From an uncultured bacterium (GTDB lineage: Bacteria > Babelota > Babeliae > Babelales > Babelaceae): a stretch of DNA of 64,000 bases. The stretch's first letter is position 1. Each line of letters begins with the position of its first letter. The translations under genes were made by a program, and so were the position numbers. This document shows positions 20,441 to 30,268 of the stretch, one piece after another. The stretch is taken from assembly GCA_963722385.1 (NCBI GenBank), contig CAVRKK010000002.1:96001-160000 (forward strand), in the 5' to 3' direction. Under the pieces are notes generated by a model, which searched no databases, was not told the DNA's origin, and worked only from the letters and a program-made list of their open reading frames with translations.

Positions 20441-22687
20441 TCAGCTGCTTGTATATCCACAATCTTTGGATGGGCAACTCAGTATAGTATCGCCGAGCTT
20501 GCTCATGCGCTTGAGCAGATAGGGTGATTTACATTGGGGACATGCGGTTTGTTCGATATCGCTCGCTATGGTGAATTTGCAGGCAGGATAGCCTGCGCAG
20601 CCCCAAAAGATCTTCCCCTTCCATCTTCTTTTGACTACCTTTTGGGCGCAGCTAGGGCAGGCAAATGCGGCGGTCTCTGGCTGTATATATTTGCACTCGG
20701 GATACCCTGAGCAAGCTACAAATGGGCCAAACTTACCGGTAATTTGCCGGAGCTGTCGTGCACATGAAGGACATTGTTGCTCAAGTAATTTTGGTTCCTC
20801 AGCTTGTTGCAGGACAATCGCGCCATCGTCAGCACGTATAAACTTGCTCGTAAAATTACAAGCAGGATATTTATTACAACCAATAAATGAACCGCTTTTG
20901 CCAAAACGGATAACAAGGCCCCCTTCAGCACAGCGAGGACAGGCAAGCTCGGTGAGCTCGAGCACTTTTTTGGTTTTCTCGCCTGCAAAAGCCTCAACAT
21001 CTTTACTGAAATTATTATAAAAATTCTTGAGCAGACGATCACGCTCAAGCGAACCTTGGGCAACGGCGTCAAGGTGCTCTTCGAGCGTGGCGGTAAATTT
21101 TACGTTCATGATCTTAGGCAGGTGCTCAACTAAAAGCTTGGTCACGAGCGTACCCAAATCGGTCGGCACGAAGCGCTTTTTAGCATCTAAACTCGTATAT
21201 GAACGAGCTTGAATGGTTTTTAAGATGGTCGCATAGGTACTTGGGCGACCGATGCCTTCTTTTTCAAGCTCTTTAACCAATGACGCCTGGGTATACCGTG
21301 GTGGTGCCTCGGTAAAATGCTGCTTAGGCGCTAAGCGTAGCAGGCTCAGCATCATTTTTTCACGCAGATCAGCTGGTAAGGCTGTCTTCTTTTCTTGCTC
21401 ATCAGCCTCGTCAACCTCGTGATAGACCCTCAAAAAGCCGTCAAAAATAAGCGTTGATCCGGTAACCTTAAACATATAAGGGCCACCCTCGATGGTAACC
21501 TGGCGCTGGGCGTATTGGGCTGGCTTCATCTGAGAAGCAACAAAGCGTTTCCAAATAAGTTCATAGAGGCGCGCGGCATCCCGATCAAGATAAGGAACAA
21601 GCGTTTCAGGCTCAGCAAGCACGTTAATCGGCCTAATTGCTTCGTGCGCATCTTGGGCGCCCGATTTCGCGTAAGAAACACTCTTGCTGGGCAAGTAATC
21701 ATCGCCATACGTTTTATCAATATATGCTCGGACACTTTGTAATGCGCTATCAGCAATACGCAGCGAGTCGGTACGCATATAGGTTATAAGTGCAACAGGC
21801 GTTTTGGGATCATCCAAAGGAATACCTTCATAAAGCTTTTGAGCAAGCAGCATCGTCTTGTCTACCGAAAACCCAAGCTGGTTATAAGCAGCTTGCTGGA
21901 GCGTACTCGTCATAAAGGGCGCTGAGGGATTTTTGAGCCGCTTGGTATCTTTAATAGAGGCTATACTAAATTGCTGCTGGTTAATATCAGCAACAAGAGC
22001 ATCAGCTTCGGCTTGTGACGGAATCGTAAGCTTCTTCTTATTTTTGTGTGTCAAGGCAGCGGTAAGCTGACTTCCTGTATCGGTCCTAAAAGTGCCGTCT
22101 ATGCTCCAGTACTCGGTGGGTTTAAATGCCCTGATCTCCTCTTCGCGATCGCAAATCAAGCGCAAGGCTACCGACTGCACGCGGCCGGCAGAGAGCCCCT
22201 TGCTCACTTTACGCCACAAGATAGGTGATACCTCATAGCCTACCCACCGATCAAGGACCCGCCGTGCTTGCTGGGCAGCTACCTTGTTTAAGTCAATATG
22301 CTCAGGATGGGCAAGCGCAGCGTCGATTGCTTGCTTGGTAATCTCGTTAAAGGCAATACGGTAAATTGTCGGCGTAGATTTTTTAAGGTACTGCTTGATC
22401 TCCTGCTCAACATGCCAGGCAATAATCTCACCCTCACGGTCAGGGTCAGGAGCGAGAAATATCTCGCCCGCTTTGGCAGCCTCTTTACATATGTCTGCTA
22501 TGACTTTCTCTTTCTTATCCAAGGTTACATAGGTGATGTCAATCCCCTCGTTTACCGTCACCCCAAGCTCACGTGAGGGCAGGTCTTTAATGTGTCCCAT
22601 GGTCGAGACGATCTTAAAGTCTTTACCCAAAAACTTGGTAATAGTCTTAATTTTGGCAGGAGACTCCACCACCAATAGTTTTTTCAT
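20441..22687 (-). CDS. topA: DNA topoisomerase I
   Basis: LVVESPAK, DPDREGE, SAGRVQS, ITYMRTD and C-terminal Zn ribbons. Confidence 0.98.
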   Translation of the reverse strand: MKKLLVVESPAKIKTITKFLGKDFKIVSTMGHIKDLPSRELGVTVNEGIDITYVTLDKKEKVIADICKEAAKAGEIFLAPDPDREGEIIAWHVEQEIKQYLKKSTPTIYRIAFNEITKQAIDAALAHPEHIDLNKVAAQQARRVLDRWVGYEVSPILWRKVSKGLSAGRVQSVALRLICDREEEIRAFKPTEYWSIDGTFRTDTGSQLTAALTHKNKKKLTIPSQAEADALVADINQQQFSIASIKDTKRLKNPSAPFMTSTLQQAAYNQLGFSVDKTMLLAQKLYEGIPLDDPKTPVALITYMRTDSLRIADSALQSVRAYIDKTYGDDYLPSKSVSYAKSGAQDAHEAIRPINVLAEPETLVPYLDRDAARLYELIWKRFVASQMKPAQYAQRQVTIEGGPYMFKVTGSTLIFDGFLRVYHEVDEADEQEKKTALPADLREKMMLSLLRLAPKQHFTEAPPRYTQASLVKELEKEGIGRPSTYATILKTIQARSYTSLDAKKRFVPTDLGTLVTKLLVEHLPKIMNVKFTATLEEHLDAVAQGSLERDRLLKNFYNNFSKDVEAFAGEKTKKVLELTELACPRCAEGGLVIRFGKSGSFIGCNKYPACNFTSKFIRADDGAIVLQQAEEPKLLEQQCPSCARQLRQITGKFGPFVACSGYPECKYIQPETAAFACPSCAQKVVKRRWKGKIFWGCAGYPACKFTIASDIEQTACPQCKSPYLLKRMSKLGDTILSCPSKDCGYTSS

Positions 22688-22796
22688 TCCTTTACCTTGA
22701 TTTTTCAATGCTCGTCTATATTCTGTTTATTTTATAGTAAAATAGATATTTTCAAAAAGTCAAATACAACTTGGCTTCCACCAAGCAGTCTGAAGC

Positions 22797-23276
22797 GCTT
22801 ACGCAGCGAGCGCGCCTGTGCGGCGAGCACACCTACGCGGTGGGCGGCATGGCGGCGGCCCTGCACCCATTGATTTTATGCTTCACTCTACTTGCTATAT
22901 CTTTTATCTCTTCTCGTCATAACCATGCGGGGCGCATGATTATGACAACCGCAATTTTCCTGACGGAAAATAGATTTTTATCATGGAGCTGAGCGACATG
23001 ATAATGGCGTTAGTTATCGTACGCTTTGGCGGACGATAACTACTCACCAAGCTTATAAGCATTAAGCATATTGCAACGGGATCCCAAAGGACATAGCGAT
23101 GCGGAGTAGCGCAACGCTTGTCCGTAGCAGCTTTTTGTAAAAAAAGCGATCAGCGGAGGCGGGACCCCCTTTGGCGCTCGCCGCGCAGGCGATTCGATTC
23201 AATTCAATTCAATTCGCTCTGCTACGTCAGCCCCGCCCGACTTCGCCGAGGCTAGGCCGGCCAAGCAGCGATTCAA
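22797..23276 (-). repeat. Structured intergenic element, copy A (with nested REP-like modules)
   Basis: Colinear with 28659-29004 (inverted) and 30269-30675. Inverted termini 22813-22830 / 23174-23191. Serial hairpins. Strand inferred from G.U pairs. Confidence 0.9.
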
Positions 23277-23324
23277 AGCTTGTGCTATAATAAGTCTAGG
23301 TATTAACCCAACAGGAGAAACATC

Positions 23325-24041
23325 ATGCTACGATCACTGGCCGAATCATGGAAAGCCTCGATGGCCTCATTTCAGCGGCCGAATGCCCGTTACTTTTTTT
23401 TAGAATCCCTTAACGCAACCTGGGGCATATATAAAGCCTGCATATTCGGCGCCTTGTGGTTGATCGCGCTTATTATTTTGTCGTTTAAGTTTCAGCTCGG
23501 TGCCATAGGCTTGCTCCATACCATGCTCTTTTTCGTAGCCCTTTGCTCAGCACGCTCCTCTATCGGTATAAAGAATTCCACTTATTTTTTTGAAAAAATC
23601 GCTCACTACTTTTTAATCTACTGGCTTATGACGTACTTCGTCATGCAAGGCTTTATTATGGCCACTCCCTGGCTCTTACAAGCTGGAGGAGAAGTGCTCA
23701 AGCAAGCAGTCCTCATTAACTGCTCGATTTTTCTGACTCTCGCTGGCCTCTGCTTGATTGATTCGGGATTCTGGCTTAAGTCGATGCTCGAGTCCCCCCT
23801 GCGCGCACTGCGCCTGCTCGTCTATAACTACCCAGCTTTTATATGCTTGGAATTATTGAGGACAGCTGCAGGATTTTTGGTGCTCCGCGCCACATCTACG
23901 CTCATTGATACCAATGCAATCGGCTTTTTTTGGTCCAGTATGATTGATTTAGCAGCGTGGTTTGTGTATGTTCCTTTTTATATCGCGCTTGTTGCCACTC
24001 TTTATATAAGGCGAATCTATGAGCAAGGAAAATATTATTAA
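23325..24041 (+). CDS. Multi-pass membrane protein
   Basis: AGGAG RBS; about 6 hydrophobic segments; overlaps the plsC start. Confidence 0.8.
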   Translation: MLRSLAESWKASMASFQRPNARYFFLESLNATWGIYKACIFGALWLIALIILSFKFQLGAIGLLHTMLFFVALCSARSSIGIKNSTYFFEKIAHYFLIYWLMTYFVMQGFIMATPWLLQAGGEVLKQAVLINCSIFLTLAGLCLIDSGFWLKSMLESPLRALRLLVYNYPAFICLELLRTAAGFLVLRATSTLIDTNAIGFFWSSMIDLAAWFVYVPFYIALVATLYIRRIYEQGKYY

Positions 24042-24807
24042 GCAACTTTTGCTCATTGCGCGCTGCTTACTGGGGTATGTACTCATCGGGATCATTGGGC
24101 TCATTTTTTTTACGCCATGCCTGGTGCTTGTCTGCCTGCCCCCTCGCTATCGTTACGCTAACCGCCTTTTATTTTGGCTACTCAATAAAGCATATAAGGG
24201 AGTTTGCGCTTCTTTGATGATGCCCATTACGGTACAGGGCAGAGAGCACCTACCCATTAAGCCAGCCCTCTTTGTAGCAAATCATCAATCAGCGCTTGAT
24301 ATACCGCTCTTGGGGATGCTGATGAACGGCCACCCCCACCTCTGGTATGTTCTAGCCTATTATAAAGATACCTTCATCCTTGGGTTCTTCGTAAGGCGGC
24401 TGGGGATTTTTATCGACCCCAAAAACCCGCCCGATATCGCTAAATCGCTCTTACGCGGCATGCGCATCGTCAAACAAGCAGGCTCCCACACCATCGTTTT
24501 TCCCGAGGGCGCTCGTTTCATTGATGGATACGTCCATCCCTTCTTGCCTGGCTTTAGCCTGATCGCCCGCAAGTTAGCACAACCGGTAATACCAGTTTTC
24601 CTCCATAACGCGGGCGCTGTCTACCCACCCGGAGCCTTCTTAGCACACCCCCATCCTCTATCTGTTATCATAGGACCGTCATTTCATTTTTTAGAAACTG
24701 ATACGCTTGAGAGCTTTACGGGCCGAGTACACGCTTGGTTTGATGCCCAGCAACAAAAAATGGGGCGGGATGCTTACGCAAGCACACTACATCAATCTCC
24801 GCCGTAG
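24019..24807 (+). CDS. plsC: 1-acyl-sn-glycerol-3-phosphate acyltransferase
   Basis: NHQSALD (HxxxxD) and FPEG motifs. Confidence 0.9.
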   Translation: MSKENIIKQLLLIARCLLGYVLIGIIGLIFFTPCLVLVCLPPRYRYANRLLFWLLNKAYKGVCASLMMPITVQGREHLPIKPALFVANHQSALDIPLLGMLMNGHPHLWYVLAYYKDTFILGFFVRRLGIFIDPKNPPDIAKSLLRGMRIVKQAGSHTIVFPEGARFIDGYVHPFLPGFSLIARKLAQPVIPVFLHNAGAVYPPGAFLAHPHPLSVIIGPSFHFLETDTLESFTGRVHAWFDAQQQKMGRDAYASTLHQSPP

Positions 24808-24985
24808 CGAACGGTTAATTACTTTTAATGTGAAAAATTTGCTGGCCTTGCAGTTGCAAAGCTCTCTTCGCTTCGGAATCGGCGAGTTGCCCACATATTG
24901 GATCGCCCATACGAGTAATGCAATAGCGATATATCAGTTTAATGGCGTCGTTTGATTCCTTTCATGTAGTTAAGATGAGCAACTA

Positions 24986-25408
24986 TTATACTTCTTGATT
25001 TTTAATCAACCTATTAAAAATTTTATGCATCATCATACTGTAAGATGAAATATGTTGCATGATCACCTCGGCAACTTCTTCATGATAGCTATGTGAAGCC
25101 TGATTGCGATCGGCCACACAAGCTATAAGCAAGTCGAATTCATTTTTATTAATTAATCCTTCGTTAAGTGAAGTACGTAAAATTTCACGAGGCGTACCAT
25201 ATTCAACAGTAATATTTGCTATTTTTTTAAGATATGCTTTTAGAAATTTTCAGAAAGCATCGATGCTGTATTCGAAACGTTGAATTGCTGAATCTCTTAA
25301 GGTTTTATATATTTCTTGGTAGCATTGGCTATTTATAAGCTCCAAAGCCTCATTAAGTGTTGCTAAAGCTTGATTAAGAGTTTTTGTTTTTATAGCTAAT
25401 TCTTCCAC
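24986..25408 (-). pseudogene. HEPN toxin (HI0074 / nucleotidyltransferase substrate-binding family) with one in-frame TGA
   Basis: Manual translation: MEELA...RDSAIQRFEYSIDAF*KFLKAYL...DRNQASHSY...; TGA at 25250-25252 (codon 53); overlaps the MNT stop. Confidence 0.9.
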
Positions 25409-25710
25409 AACGTTCCTTCCTGCACAATCGACTCCCTCATGGCGTCAGGCGCTTTGCGAAAATCAACAATTTGTACCTTATAAGGTATATTGGTAGCCTC
25501 AAGTACGCTTTTCGCTTCGTCTACAACAACGGTAGGCAACGCTTGGCCTGCATCAAGCGCAAGATCTATATCAGACCACTGTTCATGCGTCCCCCGTGCT
25601 CTTGACCCGAACAAATAAATTTTAGCTTCTGGCACTAAAGCATGAATCAACATAATAATTTTTTGCCTGGTTTCTCGATCTATACCTTCTGTACCATTAA
25701 CACTTTTCAT
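25396..25710 (-). CDS. Minimal nucleotidyltransferase (MNT) antitoxin
   Basis: YLFGSRARG...SDIDLA motif, 104 aa. Confidence 0.92.
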   Translation of the reverse strand: MKSVNGTEGIDRETRQKIIMLIHALVPEAKIYLFGSRARGTHEQWSDIDLALDAGQALPTVVVDEAKSVLEATNIPYKVQIVDFRKAPDAMRESIVQEGTLWKN

Positions 25711-25847
25711 AAATTACCCTCTTGCAAAACCGCTATTCTATGAGCATCTTAAGACAAGTTCACTCTTTTCCAAGCAATAAGCAGCTTATCTTTAACGCAT
25801 CTATATTACCATAAATACGTCAGCATAAGATCTTAGTAATTTCTAAA

Positions 25848-26075
25848 TTATCGCTTTTTAAAGATTTTTAAACAAAAGAGCAGAAACAGTAACGCGAAAA
25901 CGGGAAAAGGGATACAGAAAGGCGCCAAGAAGAAGGCAACCGCAATTCCCGGTATAAGGCTTAAGGCTGCCAGCACGGCAACTACCAACCAGATGCCGAG
26001 CGCCAGGATCGAGCCCATTATCATACAGAGAAAACAAAAAAAGATTATAAGTAATAGAGGCAAAGAAAAAATCAT
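25848..26075 (-). CDS. Small, highly hydrophobic membrane protein
   Basis: 75-aa hydrophobic ORF ending KKR; CAGGA RBS-like sequence upstream. Confidence 0.5.
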   Translation of the reverse strand: MIFSLPLLLIIFFCFLCMIMGSILALGIWLVVAVLAALSLIPGIAVAFFLAPFCIPFPVFALLFLLFCLKIFKKR

Positions 26076-26212
26076 AGAGAGAGAATTCCTGCTATCGATT
26101 GCGCATTTTAATCATATCACAAATAAATTTTTAGTCCACAAGAAAGATGTACTTATTCTTGAAATTTCATGTATCCTTAAATCCTATAACGATTTGGCAA
26201 ACGGCGTAACCC

Positions 26213-28627
26213 ATGAAATTTATCAAATACTTTTCTGATATTACCCATACGGATACCGGCTTAGTCGGTGGTAAAAATGCTGCGTTAGGCTTTATGATAC
26301 GGCATGGTCTCGGGCACGGCATACGGGTACCTTTTGGTTTTGCAGTTACCACCGAGGCGTATTGGCACTTTATGCACGAAAACAACCTTTTAGCAGAGAT
26401 TGGGAACCTATTAAAAAAACTAAATATCAACGACGTCGCTCACGTGCACGAGATTGGCTCTGCAATACGGGCTTCAATTCTTGCAGCATCTCTACCCCAA
26501 ATTATAAGCACGGAAATATTAACGGCGTACGCTGAACTCAGCACCCAGTACGGCCAACAAGCATGTGATGTTGCCGTACGCTCATCGGCTAATGCGGAAG
26601 ATCTGCCTGAAGCCTCATTTGCAGGACAGCAGTCAACATTCCTTGGCGTTCGCACCCAACAAGGGCTCTTGGACGCATGCAAGCAATGTATAGCATCCCT
26701 TTTTAGCGACCGGGCACTCGTTTACCGCTCAAAGCACCATTTTGATCATCTGAGCAGCGCGCTTGCCATTGGTGTCCAAAAAATGGTGCGGTCAGACCTC
26801 GCAACTTCCGGCGTGGCCTTTTCGTTAGAAACAGAATCGGGCTCGCCGCAACTTATCACTATTTCAGCGGCATATGGTCTTGGCGAGCTCGTGGTGAACG
26901 GCTCCGTAACGCCTGACGAATTTTACGTGCATAAGGATCGACTTTTACAAGGCTTTAAACCAATTGTGCGCAAAATGCTGGGCACCAAACATGAAAAGCT
27001 TATTTACACAGCAATGCGTACTGAGCGCATATCAGTTGCCGAAGAAGATCAGCAAAAATTTTCACTCGTCGACAAGCAGGTTCTTGAAATTGCCCATACC
27101 GTGATGGTGCTCGAAGAGCTCTATGCCGCGATTTACCAACGCTCAACGCCTATCGATGTTGAGTGGGCGTACGACAGTGACGGCATACTTTATATACTGC
27201 AAGTACGTCCTGAAACGGTGCACAGCCAAAAAACAAGAAAGACACAACTCGTCCAGTACAGGCTTGAGCCGAGCGTGACCTGCCCGATTCTTGCACAGGG
27301 GCAGAGCGTTGGCCAAAAGATTACGCAGGGCAGAGCTCGTATTTTGAAAGATTTGCGCGATGCAGCGTCATTTCGCCCCGGCGATATTCTCGTGACTCCG
27401 ATGACTGACCCGGACTGGATGCCCATTCTTAAGCAAGCGGCGGGTATTATTACCGATCGTGGAGGCAGAACGTGTCACGCCGCGATCGTAAGCCGGGAGC
27501 TCGGTATACCGGCGTTAGTGGGTGCCCATACCGCTACGCAGACGATATCTGAGGGTCAAGAAATAACTCTTGATTGTAGCCATACCAGTCATGGTTATGC
27601 CTATCATGGCATGGTGCCCTATCACAAGTCGGTAGCTGATTTGGATGTATCGTGGGCGCTGCCAACGCAGCTTATGATTAACCTTGCCGACCCGGGACAA
27701 GCGTGCGAGTTTTCACGGTTGCCGACAGCCGGCGTTGGGCTTGCTCGCCTTGAGTTTATTATTGCCCACATAATTAAGGTGCATCCTTTAGCTATTGCAA
27801 AGCCATGGCTCGTTCCGGAGAGTGTGCGCGCCGAGATAGCTGTTCTTGCCCGTGGCTACGAAAGCCCCGAGGCTTTTTTTGTTGACAGCCTAGCTCAGGC
27901 AGTAGGGCTTATTGCAGGTGCCTTTTATCCTCGCCCGGTTATTGTCAGGCTCACTGATTTTAAGAGCAATGAATATAGCCAGTTGATCGGCGGTTCTTAT
28001 TTTGAACTGCGTGAAGAAAACCCCATGCTTGGTTTTCGAGGGGCGGCACGGTATGCGAGCTCCACGTATAGTGCTGCCTTTGAGCTTGAGTGTCGCGCGC
28101 TTAAAAAGGCTCGTGAGGAGATGGGCTTTGACACGATTATCGTTATGGTTCCCTTTGTTAGGACCGTTAAAGAAGCAGAAACGGTGCGCAACGTGCTTGC
28201 CAAGCATGGTCTTAAGCAAGGCGAGCAAAATCTGAAGCTTTACATGATGGTAGAGGTGCCTTCTAATGTGCTCTTGATTGAGCAGTTTGCTGAAATTTTT
28301 GATGGGTTTTCAATAGGCTCGAATGATCTAACGCAGCTCACGCTTGGGGTTGACCGTGATTCGGGGGTTTTAGCGAGCTCGTTTAACGAGCGTGATCCTG
28401 CAGTCACAAAGTTGCTATTAATGGCCATCGCTGGTGCTCGCCGGGCGCAGCGGCCCATTGGTATTTGCGGGCAAGCACCTTCAGATTTTCCCGAGCTTGC
28501 AGCGTTGCTCATCGATGCGGGCATTACGTCGCTATCGCTCAGCCCCGATGCTCTGGTACCATTTATACAAAACTACCAGTACGCTGGCGTTAAGTTGGGT
28601 AGCACCGTGGTTGACAATATCGGGTAA
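26213..28627 (+). CDS. ppsA: Phosphoenolpyruvate synthase
   Basis: VGGKNA, AVRSSA.AEDL..ASFAGQ, GGRTCHAAI, SIGSNDLTQ and ICGQAP. Confidence 0.97.
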   Translation: MKFIKYFSDITHTDTGLVGGKNAALGFMIRHGLGHGIRVPFGFAVTTEAYWHFMHENNLLAEIGNLLKKLNINDVAHVHEIGSAIRASILAASLPQIISTEILTAYAELSTQYGQQACDVAVRSSANAEDLPEASFAGQQSTFLGVRTQQGLLDACKQCIASLFSDRALVYRSKHHFDHLSSALAIGVQKMVRSDLATSGVAFSLETESGSPQLITISAAYGLGELVVNGSVTPDEFYVHKDRLLQGFKPIVRKMLGTKHEKLIYTAMRTERISVAEEDQQKFSLVDKQVLEIAHTVMVLEELYAAIYQRSTPIDVEWAYDSDGILYILQVRPETVHSQKTRKTQLVQYRLEPSVTCPILAQGQSVGQKITQGRARILKDLRDAASFRPGDILVTPMTDPDWMPILKQAAGIITDRGGRTCHAAIVSRELGIPALVGAHTATQTISEGQEITLDCSHTSHGYAYHGMVPYHKSVADLDVSWALPTQLMINLADPGQACEFSRLPTAGVGLARLEFIIAHIIKVHPLAIAKPWLVPESVRAEIAVLARGYESPEAFFVDSLAQAVGLIAGAFYPRPVIVRLTDFKSNEYSQLIGGSYFELREENPMLGFRGAARYASSTYSAAFELECRALKKAREEMGFDTIIVMVPFVRTVKEAETVRNVLAKHGLKQGEQNLKLYMMVEVPSNVLLIEQFAEIFDGFSIGSNDLTQLTLGVDRDSGVLASSFNERDPAVTKLLLMAIAGARRAQRPIGICGQAPSDFPELAALLIDAGITSLSLSPDALVPFIQNYQYAGVKLGSTVVDNIG

Positions 28628-28658
28628 ACACGCTACATTATGCCAGGAATTTGAGTGT

Positions 28659-29004
28659 GAATTCAATTGAATCGAATTGAATCGCCTGCGCGGCTGGCGG
28701 TTAAGGGACATCGTCCCTTAACAATCCCGATGCAATATGCTTATAAGCTTGGTGAGTAGTTGTCGTCCGCAAAAGCGTACGACAACTAATGCCATTATCA
28801 TGTGCGCTGCGCTCCATGATAAAAACATATCTTCCGTGAGAAAGATTGCGGTAGCTCTAAGCATGCGCGGCGCATGGTTATAGCATTCACACGAGTTACA
28901 AAATATAGCATACAGTAAGAAATAAAATCAATGGGTGCAGGGCCGCCGCCATGCCGCCCACTGCGTAAGTGTGCTCGCCGCATAGGCGCGCCTGCTGCGC
29001 AAGC
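28659..29004 (+). repeat. Structured intergenic element, copy B
   Basis: Near-identical reverse complement of the core of copy C. Termini cgcctgcgcggc (28683) and gccgcataggcg (ending 28988). Confidence 0.9.
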
Positions 29005-29020
29005 ACCGGAGGAAACAAGA

Positions 29021-29725
29021 ATGCTTAAAAAAACTTTACTTACCCTCGCGATTATTACTCATATACCTGCTTACGGGCAACAGCTTTATACTGAATCTGA
29101 ATGCGAATCCTTAAGCAGCTACGTGCTTGATGCCATCAAAAAAAATCATGCAGCCGTGGTTAAAGACCTTACGTCTCATTTACTAAAATGCTCGAAACTT
29201 GACCGCTTAAAGCGCGGCGTAGATTTCATAGATACTAATGCGGGACTTCTTGCTGCTTACGTTCTTGCAACTATCGGCGCAAACTTAGACAATGCCCTCC
29301 CGGCTGCAATATACTGGCACAATATACCGACCGCAAAATACCTGCTTGAAAATGGCGCCTGTGTTAACGGCTTAATTGACGTAGCTCCTGATATGTCCCC
29401 AGAGGAGCTGATCCCGCTCATGCATTACGCTATTCAGAAGGGCTATAGCGAAGAAGTTGAACTGTTAGTGCGTTACGGGTATGACCTGAATAGCTTTTTT
29501 GGGGATATGACGCCGCTTATGACTGCAGCATGGTATGGCCAAAACGACATCGTGAAAATTCTACTCGAACGCGGGGCTGACGCGCGAATACGCAATAAGG
29601 ACGAGTACACCGCCCTGGATTATGCCTTTAGATGGCCAAGCGCCTTAGGCTGGTCATGCCTTAACCCAGCTACTCTTAGATTACTCGAGCAAGCAACTGC
29701 CAACCAAGAGGGCTGTCGTTTTTAA
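29021..29725 (+). CDS. Secreted ankyrin-repeat protein
   Basis: GGAGG RBS; MLKK signal peptide; TPLMTAAWYG and GADARIRNKDEYTALDYA. Confidence 0.9.
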   Translation: MLKKTLLTLAIITHIPAYGQQLYTESECESLSSYVLDAIKKNHAAVVKDLTSHLLKCSKLDRLKRGVDFIDTNAGLLAAYVLATIGANLDNALPAAIYWHNIPTAKYLLENGACVNGLIDVAPDMSPEELIPLMHYAIQKGYSEEVELLVRYGYDLNSFFGDMTPLMTAAWYGQNDIVKILLERGADARIRNKDEYTALDYAFRWPSALGWSCLNPATLRLLEQATANQEGCRF

Positions 29726-29934
29726 GAATATTCTGTTGGCTTACGATAATGGCTACAACGCGAGCAGGCGCCAAATTCTGATTGCGGATAAGGCTCACAA
29801 GGGCACGAACAATCAATACTGCGTAAAAGCCCCCAGTAACCCCGCTGCCTCGTATCCATGCAACCAGGACTAGCCTCAGCTTTACTCATTGCCATTAGTA
29901 AGGCTGCCATCCCGATTATTTGTATTATCTTCAT
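29722..29934 (-). CDS. Small secreted Cys-rich protein
   Basis: GGGG RBS; signal peptide ending AEA; C...CxCxC...CxxCxH pattern. Confidence 0.65.
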   Translation of the reverse strand: MKIIQIIGMAALLMAMSKAEASPGCMDTRQRGYWGLLRSIDCSCPCEPYPQSEFGACSRCSHYRKPTEYS

Positions 29935-30112
29935 CGCTTTCCCCCTCTGTAAGCTTAAAGACACTCGACCTTAACGGGCACTTCAACAAGAATAAAGGCG
30001 GTTTATAAAAGATGGTAAATCGCTGGGGATACGTCCCCGGCCGCGTCACCAAGGTAGGACAGCCCTGGATACCACCAAAAATAACAAGAATCATAATCAT
30101 AATGCGTTTCAT
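29882..30112 (-). CDS. Small hypothetical secreted protein
   Basis: MKRIMIMILVIFGGIQGC signal-like start; overlaps the next gene. Confidence 0.4.
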   Translation of the reverse strand: MKRIMIMILVIFGGIQGCPTLVTRPGTYPQRFTIFYKPPLFLLKCPLRSSVFKLTEGESDEDNTNNRDGSLTNGNE

Positions 30113-30268
30113 AAAGCCCCTTGTCCCATTATGCCCTGTGATCATCTTAATTGATTGCTGTTCAAATATGCAATAATATTGTTAGACTGAATTAATAATT
30201 AATTACTTATTGCGTTTATTGAACATGTGCTTGAAATGGCCATAAATTTTGCACGTGCTCCTACGCAG

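Noticed and set aside
22771..22992. Similar ORFs in element copies A (22771-22992) and C (30249-30473), MAAALHPLIL..., suggesting a type I toxin-like peptide
   Set aside because: The frame stops after 18 codons in copy B and is absent in D. The substitutions follow base pairing, not codon structure. The similarity comes from the repeat itself.
25250..25252. TGA-to-Trp genetic code reassignment
   Set aside because: TGA ends well-defined genes (topA, sodA) and long core ORFs have no internal TGA.
28659..29004. Element as a group II intron fragment, hammerhead ribozyme or retron
   Set aside because: I found no GUGYG start or domain V motif, no CUGANGA/GAAA hammerhead core and no RT gene by eye. 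A covariance-model search is still needed to exclude remote matches.
28931..29020. N-terminal extension of the ankyrin ORF from ATG 28931
   Set aside because: It lies inside element B. The GGAGG RBS and signal peptide point to ATG 29021.
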